From Nageia nagi (Eukaryota > Plantae > Pinophyta), in assembly GCA_050084985.1 (NCBI GenBank), contig JBITNC010000002.1, positions 9,052,001 to 9,116,000 on the forward strand: DNA of 64,000 nucleotides. The letters run 5' to 3'. Positions 63,770 through 64,000 of this stretch are shown here, piece after piece. Position numbers and translations under genes: made by a program. The stretch's first letter is position 1; every line of letters starts with the position of its first letter. The notes beneath the pieces are model-generated. The model worked only from the letters and a program-made list of their open reading frames with translations, had not been told where the DNA came from and ran no database searches.

Positions 63770-64000
63770 GTGGGTGCTTATAGTTCTATTGCTTTATCTC
63801 TTTTGTTAAGATCCTCAATTTCGTTCTGTGATTCCTCCAAGGACCTGGAGTATAAAACTATTGCACATACTTCGTACCATTTTTAATGTTGTAATAGTCA
63901 TGTTGGGCCTGTAAAACATTATTGCAGATAAGGAAGTGTGTGTATCCGTGAATAAGATTGTTGGTTTGGAAATATAGTAGTTGCTGTACTGTGCTTTTAG

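Overview
AT-rich, repeat-dominated plant nuclear DNA. A gymnosperm/conifer origin is likely from the giant intron, PLS-PPR style and TE families, but this is inference. Two host genes lie on the + strand. (1) A UVI4/OSD1(GIG1)/POLYCHOME-family APC/C inhibitor (CDS 6549-6875 + 7688-8035). (2) A TAF1B/RRN7 (MEE12-like) RNA Pol I initiation factor, whose coding exons 27971-28565 and 62867-63769 join in phase across a ~34.3 kb intron; the gene runs off the window. About 30.5 kb of that intron appears to be one nest of transposons up to four layers deep (hAT > Gypsy > Gypsy > Copia, plus a TRIM-like element, another LTR element, a second hAT and a MITE). Between the genes is a very young but coding-defective Copia (10795-20013; 504-bp LTRs with 1 mismatch seen; TSD GAAGT). 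Beside it is a non-autonomous CACTA (20078-21660) containing a solo LTR. Most interesting signal: both copies of this Copia family have a ~3.1-3.3 kb leader bounded by conserved splice-site-like sequences. Each leader holds a conserved ~470-bp non-coding block plus a variable 'cargo' slot. In the young copy the cargo is a mosaic of PPR gene fragments, and the adjacent CACTA carries a fragment of the same PPR subfamily in the opposite orientation. This suggests a mobile source of PPR-targeting small RNA (hypothesis). All coordinates and identities were read by eye, not computed.
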